This document shows positions 19,098-27,674 of a DNA stretch of 64,000 nt, one piece after another. The number at the start of each line of letters is the position of its first letter. The first letter of the stretch is position 1. The stretch comes from a virus. Under the pieces are notes generated by a model. That model had not been told where the DNA came from. It did not search any database and saw nothing but the letters and a program-made list of their open reading frames with translations. The position numbers and the translations under genes were made by a program. The stretch lies in IMG/VR virus record IMGVR_UViG_3300031417_000358; one strand, written 5' to 3'.

Positions 19098-19334
19098 TCA
19101 GATTTCCCAGAGGTTCATCGACATGAATTTTCCGGTGTCGTCGAATTCGAACTGGGTCTGGAAGTTACTGTAGCCACCGATTTTCGGGTCGCCAGACTCA
19201 CAGTTGAGGCAGTTCGATGTCTTATCCTGTTTAAAGCCGATGCCCAGTTCGGTGAACAGCGCCATCACCTTTTCCTTGTCGGTCGGCGGCGTGACGGCAG
19301 TCTCGGTGATGGTCGGTGCGGTGTTGGTGCTCAT
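19098..19334 (-). CDS. Small hypothetical protein
   Basis: Own motif (19358-19375) and terminator (19050-19083). Confidence 0.75.
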   Translation of the reverse strand: MSTNTAPTITETAVTPPTDKEKVMALFTELGIGFKQDKTSNCLNCESGDPKIGGYSNFQTQFEFDDTGKFMSMNLWEI

Positions 19335-19357
19335 GTGCTGCCCTTTCTTTCAGTGGT

Positions 19358-19375
19358 TGTCCTGTTACGGTATAG
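19358..19375 (-). promoter_or_regulatory. CTATAC-N6-AGGACA motif
   Basis: Exact motif on the minus strand. Confidence 0.65.
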
Positions 19376-19474
19376 CGCACGCGATAGCAGGGCCGCACGG
19401 CACTGAAGATGTGACGCATCACGAAAAATCTCCACGCGCAGTAGTGCCGTGGAGATTGAGTGGGTCAGATTGGC

Positions 19475-19843
19475 CTAGCCCTGGTAGCCTGGAGCTGCCC
19501 TGGTTTCCTTGCACCAGGGATGCGCTGCTGCCGGCTCGCCTGCAAATCCCCGGGCGCCGGGCAGCGAGGCAGTCCAGACGGTTTTGACTCCGTCCGTCAG
19601 CTCGATGGCAGCCAGCTGGCGCACCCCAAAGCAGATGGTGAAATCATGCTTGTAGCGCACCAGGCGTCCGGTTCTGCTCGGGCCCCAGTAGAACGTTGGC
19701 AGCACCAGGTTCAACGCCAGAGCGGCCAGCTTCATCTTCAGACTGGCGAGGCGCAGCGAGCAGGCGCTCGAGCGGTACATCGTCGAACCGCGGCCGACGC
19801 CCCAGTCCAGCCATACTTCAGCTACATAGGGCGGTTTTTTCAT
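19475..19843 (-). CDS. Hypothetical protein
   Basis: ATGA overlap with the upstream gene. Confidence 0.65.
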   Translation of the reverse strand: MKKPPYVAEVWLDWGVGRGSTMYRSSACSLRLASLKMKLAALALNLVLPTFYWGPSRTGRLVRYKHDFTICFGVRQLAAIELTDGVKTVWTASLPGARGFAGEPAAAHPWCKETRAAPGYQG

Positions 19844-20355
19844 ATTGCGCCCTTGTCGCCGAACTTGTCTGCGTCGATACACGAGCCGCACTGGCCATCA
19901 TAGCTGTCGCCGTCGAGCTGCGCGCCGCATTCGGAGCAATGCTCTTCGTCGCCACCGTTGCACACAATCTGGTGCAACACCCAAGCCCAGTACGCGTTCG
20001 AGTCCGAATTGAACTCCGCGGCGTGAGGCCAGGCGCTGCGCCCGTAGGTCGGGTGCTCGCCAGCCTCGTTGCCGTCGGCGAACCGGTCGACCTGCACCTT
20101 ACGCTCGCGTGCGGCGATGTCGAGCAACCACTTCTCCTGCGGTTCGGTGACCGACTGGAAGGTGTTGAGCCGCATCCGGCAATTCCGGACCAGGCTGCGC
20201 TCCTTCTCCGTCAGGCTTTCGTCACGCTGCAGGCACAGCTCGACGGCCGCGCGCAGCATTTTGTCGTGCGCCTCGACGCGGGCTTGCTCGGCTTCTTGCT
20301 CCGCGCGGAACTTGGCCTGCCACTTCGGGTCACGCAATTTTGCAAAATCAACCAT
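19840..20355 (-). CDS. Hypothetical protein with C-terminal Cys cluster (CxxC..CxxC)
   Basis: GGAGG RBS; CSEC and CGSC. Confidence 0.7.
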   Translation of the reverse strand: MVDFAKLRDPKWQAKFRAEQEAEQARVEAHDKMLRAAVELCLQRDESLTEKERSLVRNCRMRLNTFQSVTEPQEKWLLDIAARERKVQVDRFADGNEAGEHPTYGRSAWPHAAEFNSDSNAYWAWVLHQIVCNGGDEEHCSECGAQLDGDSYDGQCGSCIDADKFGDKGAI

Positions 20356-20371
20356 TCTTCTTCCTCCGATT

Positions 20372-21016
20372 TCAGTGTAATGCGTCTTCAAAATAGGGGC
20401 GCGGCGCCTGCAGTGCGATGAAGCACGTCTGGTCGTCCAGGTCGCCCACCTGTTCCTTCTTTGCGGTATTTACGTACTGCACCATGCCAAAGCCGCGAGC
20501 CACAAGGATGTCCCGGTACGCACGAGCGATGTCGGCCTGCAGGGCGCGATGTTCTCGCAGGTCCGTGTACCCGGCCATTTCCCATGCGCCGCTCTTGCGG
20601 ATGTGCTCGAGGAGCGATGGCCCATCCGGGTAGCCAAACACCGGCGCCAGGCGCGCGACCAGGTCGGGGCGTTCGGGGAATACCACCTTGCCGATGTCGT
20701 GCGCGATGGCGTGGTAGTCCACCGCGAATAGCCCAAGCCAGTAGCCCTTTTCAGGGTGCATGAGCCGGCTGTATGCGCCGGGGAAGTCCGAATACTGCTG
20801 GTTCACCTTGTAGATGGCGCCGGTCAGGCGCACCGGCATGATGCGTCCGCCGTACCGCTTGCCATGTCCTTTGCGTCCGGGGTTCCTGAGCGCGAAGCGG
20901 TTGGCCAGGGCGGGTGTCTTCGAGAAGTGCGGACCGACCATGCGGTCGACCGACTCTTCTCCGGTGATGAAATTGTCGATGTCGACTTTGGTGCCGTGAT
21001 AGCCGATGATGTGCAT
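20372..21016 (-). CDS. ADP-ribosyltransferase-like protein (ART-PolyVal-like)
   Basis: YHGT, GPHFS..P..A..FA, GRIMPVRL, GFGMVQY.N. Confidence 0.55.
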   Translation of the reverse strand: MHIIGYHGTKVDIDNFITGEESVDRMVGPHFSKTPALANRFALRNPGRKGHGKRYGGRIMPVRLTGAIYKVNQQYSDFPGAYSRLMHPEKGYWLGLFAVDYHAIAHDIGKVVFPERPDLVARLAPVFGYPDGPSLLEHIRKSGAWEMAGYTDLREHRALQADIARAYRDILVARGFGMVQYVNTAKKEQVGDLDDQTCFIALQAPRPYFEDALH

Positions 21017-21032
21017 GCTGCCTCCAGAAATG

Positions 21033-21050
21033 TGTCCTGAAGGCGTATAG
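21033..21050 (-). promoter_or_regulatory. CTATAC-N6-AGGACA motif
   Basis: Exact motif. Confidence 0.65.
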
Positions 21051-21083
21051 CCAAATGCAGGCAGCGGCCGGCGCGGCGCAAAG

Positions 21084-21110
21084 AAAACCGCGACCAGAGA
21101 CTGGCCGCGG
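21084..21110 (-). terminator. Terminator, duplicated at 22679-22705
   Basis: AAAACCGCGACCAGAGA(C/A)TGGCCGCGG, 26 of 27 bases identical. Confidence 0.75.
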
Positions 21111-21122
21111 CGGGGTTGAGGT

Positions 21123-22211
21123 TTAGATTGTCCGTACGTTCACGCAGGCGATGGCGGTCTTGAGCTTGCTGGTGGCCAGCTCGCGGTAGTCCTCCTTGTT
21201 CGACCTCACGTACACGTTGGCGCCGGTGGCCATCACGAAGTCACGCAGCACGTCCAGCGCCAGCTGATAGTGCGGCATGTCCAGGTAGGTCAGCACGTCG
21301 GTGATGCCCAGCCACGATTGCGGCGTGACGTCATCGAAGGCCAGGGCCAGGTAGACGCAGAACGCCAGACCATACTGCTCTCCGGTGCCCAGCGCATACC
21401 AGGACATCGGAGACCGCTCGCCGCAGCGCTCGACGATGACGTCCGCAGCACCAGGCCCCAGTTCGAAGTCGGTACCCATGACGCGCCGCACGAGCACATT
21501 TGCCAACGCGGTGAGCCGGCGGCTGCGCGGATGCTGGTTCAGCTTGTCGAGCCAGCAGCGCGGGTCGCGAACATACGCAAATGGGTGCGTGACCGTCGCG
21601 GCGAAGTCGCGCATCGGGGCATGGCCCTGGAGCGGATTCTCGCGCTGCACGTCAAACGCCGGCAGGCGGAAGCCCTTGTGAGTCTTCCCGAACGGGTTGG
21701 CCAGCAGGCCAGCCAGCTCACGCCCGCGGCAGACGACCTTGCGCACGCCACGCACATCCTGTTCGAGCAACCGCGCGAGGTCCCGGTTTTCCGGTTTCTC
21801 GAGCCAGTTGTCCATGTCGACGATGTACAGGTAGGCGTGCGGTCCGACCAGGCTGCTGCACGCGTCCTGGTACATCGCGACCTTCAGGCTGAAAAGGTCC
21901 GTTGCCGCGACCATGCGGCCAGCGAGCGCGCGCGCCAGGCGCTTCTCGTGGAAGTCGTCGGTGGCGAACAATTCGTCAGCCGACACCAGTGCAACCAGGG
22001 AGGCCGGCGATGGCGAGCTCGGGGTGAGCAGCACCAGGCCGTCCTGTTCGACGCACGACAGCTGCAGCATGTCCAGCAGCGCCGTCAGGCGTGCCGGTCC
22101 GGTTTCGTCCGGCGCCGTCAGGCCGTAGGTTTCGCGCCGTTCGCGGATTGTTTCCCAGTCCGTGCAGGCCGATGCTTCGAAGTCTTCTTCTTTCAACAGG
22201 GGTAATGCCAT
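21123..22211 (-). CDS. Degenerate ABC/SMC-type ATPase-like protein, paralog 1
   Basis: LGTGEQ signature-like, WLGITDVLTYLD Walker B/D-loop-like, no GK in the P-loop position. Confidence 0.6.
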   Translation of the reverse strand: MALPLLKEEDFEASACTDWETIRERRETYGLTAPDETGPARLTALLDMLQLSCVEQDGLVLLTPSSPSPASLVALVSADELFATDDFHEKRLARALAGRMVAATDLFSLKVAMYQDACSSLVGPHAYLYIVDMDNWLEKPENRDLARLLEQDVRGVRKVVCRGRELAGLLANPFGKTHKGFRLPAFDVQRENPLQGHAPMRDFAATVTHPFAYVRDPRCWLDKLNQHPRSRRLTALANVLVRRVMGTDFELGPGAADVIVERCGERSPMSWYALGTGEQYGLAFCVYLALAFDDVTPQSWLGITDVLTYLDMPHYQLALDVLRDFVMATGANVYVRSNKEDYRELATSKLKTAIACVNVRTI

Positions 22212-22231
22212 GATAAGTCCTCCAGTGAGAT

Positions 22232-22249
22232 TGTCCTAAAGCGGTATAG
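22232..22249 (-). promoter_or_regulatory. CTATAC-N6-AGGACA motif
   Basis: Exact motif. Confidence 0.65.
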
Positions 22250-22385
22250 GCTCAAGGAGGCTGGTAGCCGTGCGGGTTGTCGCTTGCTCGGCGTGCGCCG
22301 GTAGGTAAATTGGAGCTGCAACCCGGCTCCGTCGAAAAACAAAACCTCCCAAGTGGGAGGTTTCATAGAGTGGGCGGTGGTCGAG

Positions 22386-22568
22386 TCAGGCTTGCTTCTG
22401 GTAGAGCCAGAGATTTAACAGCAGGTATAACGCGTTGGTACCGAGGGTGAATGTCCGACCAAAGCGAACGAAGTCACTTGGGGCGTTGACCTGAAAGAGG
22501 TACAGGCCCATGCCGAGCAGTACCAGGTTCAGCCCCATCAGCAGTTTGAGGATGTTTTTTGCCGACAT
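22386..22568 (-). CDS. Small two-TM membrane protein (60 aa)
   Basis: AAAGGA RBS before MSAKNIL; CTATAC at 22604-22609. Confidence 0.6.
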   Translation of the reverse strand: MSAKNILKLLMGLNLVLLGMGLYLFQVNAPSDFVRFGRTFTLGTNALYLLLNLWLYQKQA

Positions 22569-22678
22569 AATATTTCCTTTGGATAGTAAGTTTCCACGTT
22601 GCAGTATAGCCATCGCCGGCCAGCGTCTTGTCATGCCTCGAGGAACTGGTGCCAACATGCGCGCCGGCGCCGCAAGAT

Positions 22679-22705
22679 AAAACCGCGACCAGAGAATGGC
22701 CGCGG
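22679..22705 (-). terminator. Terminator, duplicate of 21084-21110
   Basis: Near-identical hairpin after paralog 2. Confidence 0.75.
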
Positions 22706-22715
22706 TGGATGAGAC

Positions 22716-23807
22716 TTAGGTTGCCAACGCTTTGAGGTGCTTGCCGGCGGCCTCGAGCTTGGCGCTGGTCAGCTCCCGGTAATCGCTCTTGTTGGTCCTG
22801 AAGTAGACGTTCGCACCGGTGGCCACGACGAAATCGCGCAGCGCATCCATCGCAAGCAGATACTTCGTCAGGTCCAGATAATTCAGGACTTCCGAGATGC
22901 CGAGCCAGGTGTCCGGGGATGCCTCCTCGAACGCCAGGGTCAGGTATGCACAGAATGCCAGGCCATACTGCTCGCCGTTACCCAGGCAATGCCAAGGCAC
23001 CGACGAGCATTTGCCCCAGCGCTCCAGCAGCACGTCATCACTGTCGAGCTGCAACCGGTAGTCCACGCCTACGACACGGCGCGCGAGGGCGTTGGCCCGG
23101 GTGAGCAGTCGTGCCGCATCCGGATGGTGCTGCAGCGTCTCCATCCAGGTGAAGGAGTCGGGCACGCGCGCAAACGGATGGGTGACGGTCGCGGTGAAAT
23201 CACGCACGGGGGGCTCAAACGGCAGCTGGTCCCTGCGGTGCACCTCGAACTCCGGCCGGTGGGTCCCCGTGTAGGCGTCCCCGAACGGATTGGCCAGCAG
23301 CTGGGCCAGGTCACCGGGGCGGCAGATGAACTTGCGCACGACGCGGTCGTCCTGCTCGGTCATCAGCGCGATAGCCTGGTTGGTCGAGTCGGCCAGCCAG
23401 TTGTCCAGGTCGACCACGTACAGGTACGCGTGCAATCCGGACAGCGAGCGGAAGCTGCTCTGCCACAGCGCGGCCTTTTTGCTGAACAGGTCGCCGGTGC
23501 CAGGTACACGGGAAGTGCGCCGCTGCGCCAGGCGCTCGTCCTGCGCGGCATCCCAGGCGAACAGTTCGCTCGCCGAGACTAGGGCGATGGTGGAATGGGA
23601 CGGGCGGTCTGGGGTCAGCACCACCAGTCCTTTCACCTCGCAGTGGGGCAGACCCAGTTCCGACAGCAGCGCCATGATGCGCGCCGGGCCGGTTTCATCC
23701 GGCGCCGACACGCGGTAGTCCTCGCGCTGTTCACGAATGGCGGCCCAGTCGGTGGGGCCTTCGCCGGCGTAGGGCAGGCGAGCGGTAGTGGAATTTGCGG
23801 TAGTCAT
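22716..23807 (-). CDS. Degenerate ABC/SMC-type ATPase-like protein, paralog 2
   Basis: LGNGEQYGLAF, WLGISEVLNYLD; aligns end to end with 21123-22211. Confidence 0.6.
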   Translation of the reverse strand: MTTANSTTARLPYAGEGPTDWAAIREQREDYRVSAPDETGPARIMALLSELGLPHCEVKGLVVLTPDRPSHSTIALVSASELFAWDAAQDERLAQRRTSRVPGTGDLFSKKAALWQSSFRSLSGLHAYLYVVDLDNWLADSTNQAIALMTEQDDRVVRKFICRPGDLAQLLANPFGDAYTGTHRPEFEVHRRDQLPFEPPVRDFTATVTHPFARVPDSFTWMETLQHHPDAARLLTRANALARRVVGVDYRLQLDSDDVLLERWGKCSSVPWHCLGNGEQYGLAFCAYLTLAFEEASPDTWLGISEVLNYLDLTKYLLAMDALRDFVVATGANVYFRTNKSDYRELTSAKLEAAGKHLKALAT

Positions 23808-23830
23808 GATGTTGTCCTCCAGTGGTTGAT

Positions 23831-23884
23831 TGTCCTGAAGAGGTATAGGCCGCCGCGCGCGGCGCTATACGGCAGGGTAGGACC
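23831..23884. promoter_or_regulatory. Back-to-back divergent CTATAC motifs
   Basis: Minus: CTATAC-N6-AGGACA at 23831-23848; plus: CTATAC-N8-AGGACC at 23865-23884. Confidence 0.65.
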
Positions 23885-23947
23885 AACACGCTGGCCAAGG
23901 TATTTCGCCCGCCATGCATAGGACATATCACTTATAAAGGAATCAAC

Positions 23948-24520
23948 ATGCAACTGAACCTAGCACAATTTCTGCTCGCGCTGACCGCTAACTTCACCCA
24001 GGGTCTGACGGCAGAAAAGGGCATCGTCACGCTCGAAAGTGGCGACACGTTCGACGTCAAGGCGAACGCGAAGGCCCTGCAGACGCTCCTGATGTCGGCA
24101 TCGCTCGACCTGAAGGACGCGCACGAGCAAATGGTGCAGTTCGTCTCGAACCAGCCGGAAGACACGCCGTACTACCACGAGACGCGTGAGCAGCTCGTGG
24201 CCTACCGCCGCGGCCTCGAAGTCCTCGGTCTTGGTCTCGACGTCGCGCCGGTCGCCCTCGCAGCCGGTGACCCGGCCATGCAGGTGAGCACGGATGGCGG
24301 GATGACCTACCAGCCGGCGCTCAACGGCGTGCGCATCATCTACAGCAAGGTGGCCATTCCGGGCGAAGATTCGCCAGGCGAGCTGCACGTCAACGCCTCG
24401 TCCGAGGGCATCATCCTCGATGCGTGGACCACGCGTGATGAGCCGCTCGACCACAACATTGGCACTTCGTCGGAATCGACCGGCGACATCCTCGAACGCC
24501 TCGTGAAGGACAACGAGTAA
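23948..24520 (+). CDS. Hypothetical protein sharing its N-terminal ~37 aa with 24661-25269
   Basis: MQLNLAQFL..G.VT.E.GDTFDV. Confidence 0.75.
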   Translation: MQLNLAQFLLALTANFTQGLTAEKGIVTLESGDTFDVKANAKALQTLLMSASLDLKDAHEQMVQFVSNQPEDTPYYHETREQLVAYRRGLEVLGLGLDVAPVALAAGDPAMQVSTDGGMTYQPALNGVRIIYSKVAIPGEDSPGELHVNASSEGIILDAWTTRDEPLDHNIGTSSESTGDILERLVKDNE

Positions 24521-24528
24521 TCCCTCAA

Positions 24529-24559
24529 CCCCGCGCCACTATGGCCGGGGTTTTTTCAC
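24529..24559 (+). terminator. Terminator, duplicated at 25296-25329
   Basis: CCCCGCGCCA..TGGCCGGGG plus T tract. Confidence 0.75.
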
Positions 24560-24576
24560 GCCCGCCGTCGGCGCCG

Positions 24577-24596
24577 CTATACAGCGAGGTAGGACA
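24577..24596 (+). promoter_or_regulatory. CTATAC-N8-AGGACA motif
   Basis: Same spacing as the paralogous cassette at 23865. Confidence 0.6.
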
Positions 24597-24660
24597 TGCA
24601 TCCTTGCGCGAGCTTTTACGCGTCAAGGCAAGAGGTATACCATTCAAAAAAGGGAAGCAC

Positions 24661-25269
24661 ATGAAACTCAATCACGCACAATTTCTGGCCGCGCTGCAGC
24701 AGGCCAACGGTTCGGTGTCGGTCGCCGCTGGCCTCGTGACGTTCGAAAACGGCGACACGTTCGATGTCGCCGAGCACTCGCCGAGCGACACCGAGCAAGG
24801 CACCCCGTTGGAGGCGGCCCGCGCGCTGGCGGCAATCCACAAGAACGAGCCCGCCATCGTCGACGCGTTCCGCGGCATCAGCCAGCGCGAGCGCAACCAC
24901 CTGGCGGCCGCGCTGTCGGCGTTCTACCCGGTGCTGGTCATGGAGAACAAGTACCAGCCTGTGCTGCTGGATGAGCCCATCAAAATCCCGGTGACCACGT
25001 ACGAGGAGGGCCTGGCCGTCCAGCGCGCACTGTTCGCCCTGGGCTGTGGCTTCCACCATGGCAGCTACCCTCTGGCGAAGGACATCTCGGACGAGTGTAC
25101 GCTCAGCGGCATTTTCGTGAGCCGCAAGGGCGTCATGACTGTCATGCCGTTCGCGGAGAAGGGCAGCGTCGACTACGTGGCAAACCACAAGGACCGTGCG
25201 GTGTCGCCCGCTACCGTGCTGGAGGCGACGACCCTGGCCGAGTTGCTGGGCTGTGACGCATCACGGTAA
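24661..25269 (+). CDS. Hypothetical protein sharing its N-terminus with 23948-24520
   Basis: MKLNHAQFL..GLVTFENGDTFDV; AAGGGAAG RBS. Confidence 0.75.
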   Translation: MKLNHAQFLAALQQANGSVSVAAGLVTFENGDTFDVAEHSPSDTEQGTPLEAARALAAIHKNEPAIVDAFRGISQRERNHLAAALSAFYPVLVMENKYQPVLLDEPIKIPVTTYEEGLAVQRALFALGCGFHHGSYPLAKDISDECTLSGIFVSRKGVMTVMPFAEKGSVDYVANHKDRAVSPATVLEATTLAELLGCDASR

Positions 25270-25295
25270 ATCAAGCAGGTAGCCTTCGAACTCCG

Positions 25296-25329
25296 CCCCG
25301 CGCCATGTTTGGCCGGGGCTTTTTTTCAC
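25296..25329 (+). terminator. Terminator, duplicate of 24529-24559
   Basis: Same stem sequence. Confidence 0.75.
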
Positions 25330-25365
25330 CCGCATAGACCCACCAACGGACCGCGCGCGAAAAAG

Positions 25366-25667
25366 AAAAGTCAATTTACGGACAGGCAAGCGCCGCAGCC
25401 CCGGAGCCTGTTCCTGGCTGCCCACCAAACGGGAGGGGCCCGAGGCCCATTTCTCTGAAAATCAATTTACGGACAGGTGGCCTGCCGGCCCCTGGTCGAA
25501 GCCCACCGTCTGCTCGCCGGGTTTTCGGAAATCCCATACTTGGCTATTCCGGGTCCGGCTATTCCAGATTCGGCTATGCCGGGGTACGGCTATTCCGAAA
25601 ACCAAGACAGCCAGCAGGGAGAGGAGGGGGGGGTTTGGCCCTGCCGCTGGTCCGTAAATTGACTTTT
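25366..25667. repeat. Symmetric non-coding repeat element
   Basis: TCAATTTACGGAC direct at 25371 and 25462, inverted at 25650-25662; 11-bp IR at 25520/25593; four GGCTAT(T/G)CC units at 15-16 bp period. Confidence 0.85.
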
Positions 25668-25784
25668 GAAATAGCAGTCGTTTTTCAGGTCTCGCCTGCC
25701 CTCTCGGTGGCCAGCGCCAATAGAAAAACCGCCGGCGTGAACGCGGGCGGCGAGAGGGTGGTTCGGCGTGTTGCGGCCGGTCGG

Positions 25785-26219
25785 TTACTGGATGCTCAGC
25801 TTGTCCGGCATGAGACCAATGGCCATGTCGATGCGGCCGTCGGGCTCCTGCAGATAGATGATGTCGTAGCCCTGGATGATGAGCTCGGTCCGGTACGCGG
25901 TGTAAATGCGTCGCTCGGTCGCCGCAACTTCATCATCGTCGGCCAGCTCCCGGGTGAGGCGGCCCACCTCGTTGTTCAGGCGGCTCAGCTCCTGCAGCTG
26001 CATCACGTAGGGCTTCTCGACGCGCACGTCCACGTCCAGGCAGGTCTTGCCGAATCGCTCGGCAAGCTCACGCCCAACGGCCAGCCACACGCCCAGGTGC
26101 CCGTTGCCCGACATGCCCGGGCGCGCAGCGAAGTCCAGGCTGAAGCGCTCGAACCGCTGTTGCGCGCCGTGGTACATGCGAACCGTGCCGGCCATAGCCA
26201 GCGGCGTGGTGTGATTCAT
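25785..26219 (-). CDS. ADP-ribosyltransferase-like protein (ART-PolyVal-like)
   Basis: MYHG....FERF, GNGHLGVWL...A..FG, V.VEKPY, QGYDII. Confidence 0.55.
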   Translation of the reverse strand: MNHTTPLAMAGTVRMYHGAQQRFERFSLDFAARPGMSGNGHLGVWLAVGRELAERFGKTCLDVDVRVEKPYVMQLQELSRLNNEVGRLTRELADDDEVAATERRIYTAYRTELIIQGYDIIYLQEPDGRIDMAIGLMPDKLSIQ

Positions 26220-26236
26220 AAGGGTCTCCATGTCAA

Positions 26237-26254
26237 TGTCCTTGTCCGGTATAG
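26237..26254 (-). promoter_or_regulatory. CTATAC-N6-AGGACA motif
   Basis: Exact motif. Confidence 0.65.
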
Positions 26255-26289
26255 CGGCAAGGCCCGGCGCCGTGCTCGGCGCGGCAACG

Positions 26290-26307
26290 CTATACCTCTG
26301 CATGACA
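26290..26307 (+). promoter_or_regulatory. CTATAC-N6-ATGACA variant overlapping a start codon
   Basis: ATG 26302 occupies the AGG position of the motif; no SD visible. Confidence 0.55.
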
Positions 26308-26883
26308 AAAACCTCCCTCGGCCTCCTGGCCCTCAGTCTGTGCACGACCGCGGTCGCCGCGCCGGCGCGCCAACCCTCGCTGGTCGGCGACGTCGCGCTC
26401 TCCGCCACCCCGGACGACGCATCGCTCAAGCCGCAATGGCGGGTCGACTTCGTGCCCCAGCGCGGCAACCAGCGGCCGCCGTTCTCGGGCCGGCTGCTCG
26501 TGTATCGCGCCGGCGAGCAGAAGCCGGCTGACGTCATCGGCGTCACCGCCCACGTGGCGCTGGAGGAGCTGCAGCTGTCCATGCCCGACGTCGACGGCGA
26601 CGGCCATCCCGACCTGGTGTTCGCCGGGGTGCGCGACCACGTCTACAAGCGCCAGGCTGACGCCGTCTACCTCTGGTCGGCGCCGCGCGGCCGGTTTGTT
26701 CTCGAGCCGGGCCTGTCGCGCCTGGGCACGGCCTACCCGTCAAACTCGACGCCAGGCTGCGTCACGGTGGAAACCTGGTGCGGCGACACGAGCATCGACA
26801 CCGTGGAGCTGTGCCGCAGGCCGAGTACCGGCCGCTGGGTGCAAACGCCCAACCCCAATCCCGTCTGCGAGGACCGCGATTAG
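26302..26883 (+). CDS. Secreted protein with a DxDGDGxxD (FG-GAP-like) motif
   Basis: Sec signal; DVDGDGHPDL; Cys residues near the C-terminus. Confidence 0.7.
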   Translation: MTKTSLGLLALSLCTTAVAAPARQPSLVGDVALSATPDDASLKPQWRVDFVPQRGNQRPPFSGRLLVYRAGEQKPADVIGVTAHVALEELQLSMPDVDGDGHPDLVFAGVRDHVYKRQADAVYLWSAPRGRFVLEPGLSRLGTAYPSNSTPGCVTVETWCGDTSIDTVELCRRPSTGRWVQTPNPNPVCEDRD

Positions 26884-26987
26884 CCGGTCGACACCGGCGC
26901 CGCGCGGCCAGTAAAAAAACCTCCACGCACCGCAGTGTCGTGGAGGCGAGGCGGCGTCATCGAGGTGCCGCGGGCGGGCTGACCTGG

Positions 26988-27674
26988 TCAGATGTCCAGC
27001 GGAAAGACCTTCTCGGGCTCGGTCGCGCGTTCGGACGCAATCCGGGTCAACAGGTGCTGGGAATAGGGACTGTCGCCGTGGCCGAACAGGTTGTCGCCGC
27101 GGATGTACGCCGACGCCCAGGGTCCGACCTTTCCCAACGCCAGTGCTACATGCCGCAGCCAGTGCGTCAACGCCTGGCTGCCCTCGATGCGTGCGTTCAG
27201 CGCTGCGGTCGCGGCCACGTCCGGCTTCGAGTGGTGCGGCCCGTCCGGAATGCGGCAGCTGAGGGAGCCGTATACCTTGCGGTGGCGGTCTCGCTCGTTG
27301 CACAGCTGGATGTCGCAGCGCTCGGTTGGGTGCGCAGCGAAGAAGACCTGCATCTCGACCAGCATCGCGCGAAACTCGGCCAGTTCTTCCGCCGGCGCCA
27401 CGGCGGGCAGCAGCAGGAGCTTGGCCAGGTTCAGCGAGAGGAAGGTGCCATTTTCGGCCGGCGTCAGCACCAGGTCGACTTCCGAGATAGCCTTCTTGAC
27501 CTTGTCGATTTTGAGCGTCAGCAGGTGCAGCTCCATGAACACGGTCAACAGCCATTCCCGCGCGTGGTCCTTCGTGCGCATCGCCTCGCTCTTCGGCACC
27601 CTGATGTGCACGCGACCGTCCGCATCGGCGGAGTCGATGAGCGTGAGCATGCTCCAGGTGTTTGCAGGGGTCAT
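26988..27674 (-). CDS. Hypothetical protein
   Basis: AAAGGA RBS; motif at 27704-27721; terminator at 26913-26946. Confidence 0.75.
   Translation of the reverse strand: MTPANTWSMLTLIDSADADGRVHIRVPKSEAMRTKDHAREWLLTVFMELHLLTLKIDKVKKAISEVDLVLTPAENGTFLSLNLAKLLLLPAVAPAEELAEFRAMLVEMQVFFAAHPTERCDIQLCNERDRHRKVYGSLSCRIPDGPHHSKPDVAATAALNARIEGSQALTHWLRHVALALGKVGPWASAYIRGDNLFGHGDSPYSQHLLTRIASERATEPEKVFPLDI

Noticed and set aside
25542-25597. Four short repeats as a mini-CRISPR array or a coding repeat (ORF 25477-25662)
   Set aside because: Units are 10 bp with 5-6 bp gaps and no cas genes; the ORF has a GTG start with no RBS. A remnant of a replication-initiator repeat region cannot be excluded
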